NCBI GenBank assembly: GCA_934546935.1
Contig: CAKTEH010000001.1
Span: forward strand, 205,332 to 269,331
Reading direction: 5' to 3'
DNA from: an uncultured Eubacteriales bacterium
Lineage (GTDB): Bacteria; Bacillota; Clostridia; Oscillospirales; QAMX01
Length of the DNA stretch: 64,000 bases
Shown: positions 57,838-64,000 of the stretch, piece after piece
How positions within the stretch are numbered: position 1 is the stretch's first letter
How the letters are laid out: the number at the start of each line of letters is the position of its first letter
Notes under the pieces: generated by a model
Told to the model about the DNA's origin: nothing
Seen by the model: only the letters and a program-made list of their open reading frames with translations
Database searches by the model: none
Position numbers and translations under genes: made by a program

Positions 57838-57992
57838 AAAATTTAGATTTTACAAAACGGTGATATTCTGTCTTACTCAAAAATAGTAAAACTTCTGCAA
57901 TGCTTTGCACTAAACGGGTTATTTACAATAAGAGAAAAACCCGATTTCAGATCAGCTGGGTACATCCTGTGTGAGCGGATATTTGTAAAATC

Positions 57993-59390
57993 TTATTGCC
58001 GCATGGATGCCAATTTTTTTCGCCAGCTGCCTTTTGCGTACCAAAGCAGCAGGCAGGCAAAGCGCGTTAAGTTATCGGCAACCATGCAGATCCATACAGA
58101 TGCAAGATGAAGATGGAAGACGCAGACGCACAGCCAAGAAAAGACGATGCGCACACCCCACATCGCTGCGATTGAAATAAAGAAGGGGATTTTTGTTTCT
58201 CCGATCCCGTTAAAGGTGCCTTCAAGAATGATGACAACTGCGAAAAACGGCTCGGAGACGGCCACAATGCGCAGTACCTGCGCGCCCAAAGCGATAACAT
58301 CCGGATCCGGCGTAAACAGGCGCATCATGAATGCGGGAAAGCAGAATAAAAGTATAGCAAGCGTACCCATGAGGGTGACTGCAATGGCGGTGATGGTTGA
58401 GGAATACTGGATCAGCTTGTGTTCGTCCCGTGCACCGGCGCTATGACCGGAAAGGGTTGCCGCTGCGGCCTGCATGCCGTATCCCGGGATATAAAAGGCT
58501 TGCTCCGCAGTGATGGCAATGGAATGGGCGGCAACGGAAATTGTACCAAGCCGGGCAATGAGGGAGGTAAAAACTACCTGGCCAAGACAGGCCCCAACCC
58601 GTTCAGCGGCAATTGGCATGCCAATACGCACGCATTGCCGGAGGATTTCCCGATCGTGACGCAGCTTCTGACCGCGCAACCCAAGCTCCCGGCTGCGGTA
58701 AGCTGCACAGGCCATCATAATACCGCCGGCTACATAGGCAGTGGCTGTAGCAATTGCTGCGCCAGTTACACCCAGCCCGGCGCCCCATACAGGCACAGAA
58801 AGTCCAAAAATACGGAGTGTACGTGGAACATTGATGAAAAGGAAGTTGAGGGTAATGTTGATGGCGTTCATGCAGGTGTTGATTAGCATGGGCGTCTTTG
58901 CATTTCCGGTGGCGCGGAGTACGGAACCGAAAATTATGCTGGATGCGCGAAAGAGCATGGGAGAGCAGACGATAGCAAAATAAACGCCGGCGTCATGGCG
59001 GATCTCCGGATCGGCGCCAAGCCATCCGGGCAGGAAAGGGCTGATGGAAAGTGTGAGCACACCCAATCCGCAGCCAAGGATCAAAATGAGCAGTACAGAC
59101 TGCATTGCGGCGCGATGCGCGCGGGCTTCGTCCGCCGCACCGCGCGCACGGGAGATACAGGAAAGTATACCCATTGCCATGGCAAACATCGGCGCATTGA
59201 TCAGCCACGTCATGGTGGTGGTCAGCCCGACAGCCGCCGATGCGTGCGCGCCGATAGCGCCCACCTGAGCAGTATCGGCATAGGATACAACGGTTTGCAG
59301 CGCCTGCTCCATAATCGTCGGCCAGGCTAGGGAAAAAATTGCGCGCATCATATTGCGGTCGTGCAGCGTAGAGCGAATGGAATTGAACAT
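57993..59390 (-). CDS. MATE-family efflux transporter
   Basis: 12-TM MatE repeat architecture. N-terminus ..WPTIMEQALQTVVSYADTAQVG. Confidence 0.85.
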   Translation of the reverse strand: MFNSIRSTLHDRNMMRAIFSLAWPTIMEQALQTVVSYADTAQVGAIGAHASAAVGLTTTMTWLINAPMFAMAMGILSCISRARGAADEARAHRAAMQSVLLILILGCGLGVLTLSISPFLPGWLGADPEIRHDAGVYFAIVCSPMLFRASSIIFGSVLRATGNAKTPMLINTCMNAINITLNFLFINVPRTLRIFGLSVPVWGAGLGVTGAAIATATAYVAGGIMMACAAYRSRELGLRGQKLRHDREILRQCVRIGMPIAAERVGACLGQVVFTSLIARLGTISVAAHSIAITAEQAFYIPGYGMQAAAATLSGHSAGARDEHKLIQYSSTITAIAVTLMGTLAILLFCFPAFMMRLFTPDPDVIALGAQVLRIVAVSEPFFAVVIILEGTFNGIGETKIPFFISIAAMWGVRIVFSWLCVCVFHLHLASVWICMVADNLTRFACLLLWYAKGSWRKKLASMRQ

Positions 59391-59557
59391 AAATCCTCAC
59401 AACAATTTTAAATTACTCTCTTTTTATCCTAGCTGGAAGCGCAGTGTTTTGTCAAGCGGTGGTTATGCCGGTTCTATAAAGAAATACTTTTTCAAAAAGA
59501 AAAACCCCCGATTTCAGAAACCAGGGGATTTTTATATGGATCAAAGAGGAACAGAGC

Positions 59558-60901
59558 CTATTTTCCGGCTTTTTCTTTACGGTTAAGCATCAGGTTAACT
59601 AAGATGCCAAGGATCAGGGCAGTGGCAATAGAGGTGATTTGGAGCTTTCCAAAATCGAGCACCAAACCGCCGATACCAATAATCAGAATTGTGGAAACAA
59701 CAAACAGGTTATGATTGTCGCCAAGATCCAGTTCTTTAAACATCTTCAGACCGGATACGGCAATGAAACCATAAAGCGCCACGCAGACGCCGCCCATTAC
59801 GCAGCTTGGGATCGTATTGACAAACGCAACAAAGGGGCTAAAGAAGGCAAGAATGATACAGCCGACGGCAGAAGCTGCAATTGTTGCGACAGAAGCGTTA
59901 CCGGTAATGGCAACACAGGCAACGGACTCGCCATAGGTGGTGTTTGGGCAGCTGCCAAAAAACGCGCCAACCATGGAACCAACGCCATCGCCGAGGAGGG
60001 TACGGGAGAGTCCCGGGTTTTCCAGAAGATCCTGGCCGATGATGGAGCTAAGATTCTTGTGGTCAGCAATATGTTCTGCGAAAACAACAAATGCGACCGG
60101 CATATAAAGAAGCGCGATGCTGCCGAGAACTGTCCAGTCGAAACCGTTGAGTTCACCAATGGCCTGGACAAACGCAAACTTTGGAACATGAATAAAGCTG
60201 CCGATGTTAATCGTTGCAAAATTTTCAGTCAAAGCAGAGAAATTGATAACTTTGAGGGCATCAATACCGGCTGCATTGCCGATAAAAGTAAAGATTGCGG
60301 CAACAACATAGCCTGCGCAGATACCAATGATGAACGGGATCAGTTTGGCCATCTTCTTGCCGTACGTGGAGGCGAGCATAACGGTTGCAAGGGTGACAAG
60401 GCCGCAGAGAATGGCAATAAGGGTGTGACCGCCTGCCGGAGCGGTCTGGAGATCTCCAACAGCATTGCCGGCAAGGGAAAGACCGATGATGGTAACAGTC
60501 GGTCCGATAACAACCGGCGGCATGAGCTTGGAAATCCACTTAACACCTGCAAATTTAATAATCAAAGCGATGATAACATAAACGAGACCGGCGAGAATGG
60601 CGCCGAGGATGATGCCGAAGTAACCGAAGGCCGTTGCAGCGCTCATTGCAGAAAGAAATGCGAAGGAGCTGCCGAGGAAGACCGGGCTGTTGCCCTTAGT
60701 GAACAGGATGTAGGTGAGGGTACCGAAGCCTGCGCCGAGAAGAGCGGCCGCCGGGTCCATCTCAAGATTGACTGCGCCGGAACTGTTAACGATTACCGGT
60801 ACCACCAACGTTGCCGCCATAATGGCGAGCATCTGCTGGAAAGCAAAGACGATCAGCTGGGAAAACTTGGGCTTGTCCTTGATGCCATAGATAAGGTTCA
60901 T
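59558..60901 (-). CDS. pyrP: uracil/xanthine permease (NCS2 family)
   Basis: NCS2 pattern (..FQQMLAIMAATLVVP.., ..NTTYGESVAC..). Located immediately downstream of pyrR. Confidence 0.85.
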   Translation of the reverse strand: MNLIYGIKDKPKFSQLIVFAFQQMLAIMAATLVVPVIVNSSGAVNLEMDPAAALLGAGFGTLTYILFTKGNSPVFLGSSFAFLSAMSAATAFGYFGIILGAILAGLVYVIIALIIKFAGVKWISKLMPPVVIGPTVTIIGLSLAGNAVGDLQTAPAGGHTLIAILCGLVTLATVMLASTYGKKMAKLIPFIIGICAGYVVAAIFTFIGNAAGIDALKVINFSALTENFATINIGSFIHVPKFAFVQAIGELNGFDWTVLGSIALLYMPVAFVVFAEHIADHKNLSSIIGQDLLENPGLSRTLLGDGVGSMVGAFFGSCPNTTYGESVACVAITGNASVATIAASAVGCIILAFFSPFVAFVNTIPSCVMGGVCVALYGFIAVSGLKMFKELDLGDNHNLFVVSTILIIGIGGLVLDFGKLQITSIATALILGILVNLMLNRKEKAGK

Positions 60902-60943
60902 GTGTTTGTTCCTCCTGATAATTTATCCATTAAATCTTTCGAT

Positions 60944-61605
<662 letters not shown>

Positions 61606-61626
61606 AGAAATCTGAATCTGCCCATA

Positions 61627-61655
61627 ATCATAGCATCAGGCGCGAAAAATGTCAA
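61627..61655 (-). promoter_or_regulatory. sigma-A promoter TTGACA-17-TATGAT for pyrR-pyrP
   Basis: Minus-strand hexamers at 61655-61650 and 61632-61627 with an exact 17-nt spacer. Confidence 0.5.
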
Positions 61656-61757
61656 ATCTTATTTAAAAATTTTTTCATAAAATTTTCCGTTTGAAACGGG
61701 AAGAATTTTCAAAGGCGCGGTTGTCTCCCAATTCGCCTATAGGAACAAATGCGCGCG

Positions 61758-61786
61758 AAAAAAAGCGCCGCCATCCGGATGGCGGC
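61758..61786 (-). terminator. intrinsic terminator of queA
   Basis: GCCGCCAUCCGGAUGGCGGC hairpin followed by U7 on the minus strand. Confidence 0.7.
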
Positions 61787-61793
61787 GGCAGGT

Positions 61794-62813
61794 TTATAAA
61801 ATCAGCATACTATCTCCAAAAGAGAAGAAACGATACTGCTGTTCCACAGCGGCACGGTATGCAGCCATTGTCTGTTCATAGCCGGCAAATGCGGAAACCA
61901 ACATAATCAGTGTGCTTTCCGGCAAATGGAAATTGGTAATCAGCCCGTCCATCGTCTTAAAACGGTATCCGGGATAGATAAAGATATTTGTCCATCCACA
62001 GCACGGCTCGAGCGTGCCATCTTCCTTTGCAGCGGATTCTACTGTCCGTGTGGAAGTGGTGCCGACACAGATGACGCGGCCGCCCTGTGCCCGGGTCTGG
62101 TTGACGGCCTGCGCTGCGTCTGCGGGGATTTCGTAATATTCCGAGTGCATCACATGTTCCGTGATTTCCTCAGCTTTGACCGGACGGAAGGTGCCGAGGC
62201 CGACGTGCAGCGTTATGCGTGCAATGCGCACCCCCATCGCTTCGATTTGCGCCAGAAGCTCCTTGGTAAAGTGGAAACCGGCCGTCGGAGCGGCGGCAGA
62301 ACCGGGGTTTTTGCTGTAAACGGTCTGGTATCGCTCCGGGTCTTCCAGCTTTTCCGTGATATAAGGCGGCAGCGGCATTTGTCCGAGCCGCTCGAGGATT
62401 TCCATAAAGATACCGTTGTAAGAAAAGCGCACCATGCGGTTTCCGGATTCGGTCACCTGTGTGACCTCACAGGTGAGCTCCTCGCCGAAACGGATGCGCG
62501 CGCCTTCGCGCGTACGTTTCCCCGGACGTGTAATGCACTCCCAGACATCGCCATGCTGGGTCAGCAGAAGCACTTCAACCGGCGAACCTGTTTTTTCGGA
62601 AACGCCGATAAGGCGCGCTGGGATTACCCGGGATTCATTGATAACCAGACAGTCGCCTTTACGAAGGTATTCCGGGAGATTGTAGAAATGGCGGTGTTCG
62701 ACCGAACCGTTTTGCCGGTCCAGATGAAGCATCCGGGAGCTTGTGCGTTCGGCAAGCGGCGTCTGTGCAATCAGTTCCTGAGGCAGGTCATAAAAAAAGT
62801 CAGAACGTTTCAT
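61794..62813 (-). CDS. queA: S-adenosylmethionine:tRNA ribosyltransferase-isomerase
   Basis: Full-length QueA (MKRSDFFYDLPQELIAQTPL.., ..FHFT.., ..RFFSFGDSMLI). Confidence 0.95.
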   Translation of the reverse strand: MKRSDFFYDLPQELIAQTPLAERTSSRMLHLDRQNGSVEHRHFYNLPEYLRKGDCLVINESRVIPARLIGVSEKTGSPVEVLLLTQHGDVWECITRPGKRTREGARIRFGEELTCEVTQVTESGNRMVRFSYNGIFMEILERLGQMPLPPYITEKLEDPERYQTVYSKNPGSAAAPTAGFHFTKELLAQIEAMGVRIARITLHVGLGTFRPVKAEEITEHVMHSEYYEIPADAAQAVNQTRAQGGRVICVGTTSTRTVESAAKEDGTLEPCCGWTNIFIYPGYRFKTMDGLITNFHLPESTLIMLVSAFAGYEQTMAAYRAAVEQQYRFFSFGDSMLIL

Positions 62814-62860
62814 GGCAGTATAAGCGCCCGCATATCCGCGGGCGCTCCCTTTCCTTTTTG

Positions 62861-64000
62861 TTAGTATGCATATGCAATGGAGACGTCTGTATAATAATAA
62901 TGGATGATATCCTGTGCGCCGTATCCCTGCTCCGCCATGGCGCGGGCTCCGTATTGGCTCATGCCGAGATTATGCCCCCACCCGGAACCGGAAATCATGA
63001 ACGTACCGGAACTGGAAACGGGAACAGGCAGGCCGGCTGCGGATATACTGCCGGAGCTGGAACCCGGCGTGAAAATGCCGGAGCCGGAAGTCGTATAAAA
63101 TCCTACTGCTTCATCAATGCCAGAGGAGGAAAGGATCGGCACGCCGGAACCGTAAAACCCGGCTGTGGAATAGATCCCTTCTGCAGTCAGCACCGAAGCG
63201 GAAGATGCCTCACCGGTACTGGAGGAAACCCCTGACCCGGCTGCGGAAATATTGGTGATTTGTGCGTTGGAGGTAATACGCGGGGCAGCGGCATCTTCAA
63301 AAATATAGCGCTGGCTATAAATGCGGATGCTGGAGTTTGCGGTATTGAACAGCGTACGGCAGCTTTCGCCCCGGTAAATGATTTCATGACCGGCGGAATC
63401 TATAAAATGGAGCCGGGCAATATTGCCTGCTTCCGTGTATTCCGCGTAAGCGTGGACGATAGAACCGCTTATATCGTTTCCGCGCTCACGGAGGATAGAC
63501 GTGATTTCAGAAAGCGTAATGGTATAGCTCCAGGCGCTGTAGCCGGTGTTGACGTATTGCTCAAAATCGTCACGAACCGCACGCAGATAGCCCAACGGCT
63601 GCGTCCAGATATTTTCGCAGTTTTCTGTTGCGCCGCCATTGGAAGAACAGTAAACAGCATTGATCGGTTCGCCGTCATATGTAATATACATCCCTGCAGT
63701 TTCGTCTACGGCAGAGTCTGTCCGGGCGTTGGCGCTTCCGGTTCCGCGGTAGGCTTGGCAGCAGGTTGAGGCACATAGGTCAAAGCCGTTTCCAGCATGT
63801 TTTCCAAGGTTTGCGATGGCATAAGTCCGTGCGCACATGGCCTGTGCTTTCAGTGCTTCCAGCGGCCAGGAATTGCTCATTTCATAAGGGATAACGCCTT
63901 TAATATAATCGTTCATGCTGACGATGTTGACGGTGTTGACCAGCGTCCCCGTCAGGGAATACTCAAAAATACCGCGGTACTGGTTGGCTTTATGCCAGGT
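62861..64000 (-). CDS. spoIID: SpoIID/LytB-domain lytic transglycosylase, 5' end beyond the window, with a Ser/Gly-rich insertion
   Basis: Motifs YIKGVIPYEM, ALKAQAMCARTYA, YCSSNGGATE and GSGWGHNLGMSQYGA. The frame stays open from 63917 to the window edge. Confidence 0.8.
   Translation of the reverse strand, partial: TWHKANQYRGIFEYSLTGTLVNTVNIVSMNDYIKGVIPYEMSNSWPLEALKAQAMCARTYAIANLGKHAGNGFDLCASTCCQAYRGTGSANARTDSAVDETAGMYITYDGEPINAVYCSSNGGATENCENIWTQPLGYLRAVRDDFEQYVNTGYSAWSYTITLSEITSILRERGNDISGSIVHAYAEYTEAGNIARLHFIDSAGHEIIYRGESCRTLFNTANSSIRIYSQRYIFEDAAAPRITSNAQITNISAAGSGVSSSTGEASSASVLTAEGIYSTAGFYGSGVPILSSSGIDEAVGFYTTSGSGIFTPGSSSGSISAAGLPVPVSSSGTFMISGSGWGHNLGMSQYGARAMAEQGYGAQDIIHYYYTDVSIAYAY

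Overview
This is a 64-kb chromosomal window from a moderately GC-rich (roughly 55%) Gram-positive anaerobe. It looks Clostridia-like by inference from spoIID, fhs, a Na+-pumping decarboxylase, AGGAGG-type RBSs and hairpin+T-run terminators. About 50 genes are packed on both strands. Housekeeping genes are clpB, tRNA-Ser(CGA), fhs, glyA, uvrB-uvrA, nadE, queA, pyrR-pyrP and the oxaloacetate decarboxylase Na+ pump. Accessory loci sit between them. (1) A complete vanR-vanS-ligase-vanXY-vanT D-Ala-D-Ser glycopeptide-resistance cluster. (2) An erm-type 23S rRNA methylase split by a single-base frameshift. It keeps what looks like an intact leader-peptide attenuator that sequesters its Shine-Dalgarno (SD) sequence. 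(3) Two GNAT acetyltransferase pseudogenes with multiple frameshifts. (4) A cation/proton antiporter remnant in an AT-rich scar next to the tRNA. (5) An uncharacterised redox system: an HGD-D-like protein plus a double HgdC/BcrAD-type activase fusion. (6) A CofE-like, LarA-like and cell-wall amidase gene string. (7) A surface-glycan module: GT4, a DUF4330-like protein and an O-antigen-ligase-like protein. Scattered intracellular carbohydrate enzymes (GH10, GH32, CE15-like) are also present. I saw no transposase, integrase, phage gene or CRISPR array. All calls rest on reading the translated ORFs, sequence motifs and RNA pairing by eye; no database search was run.
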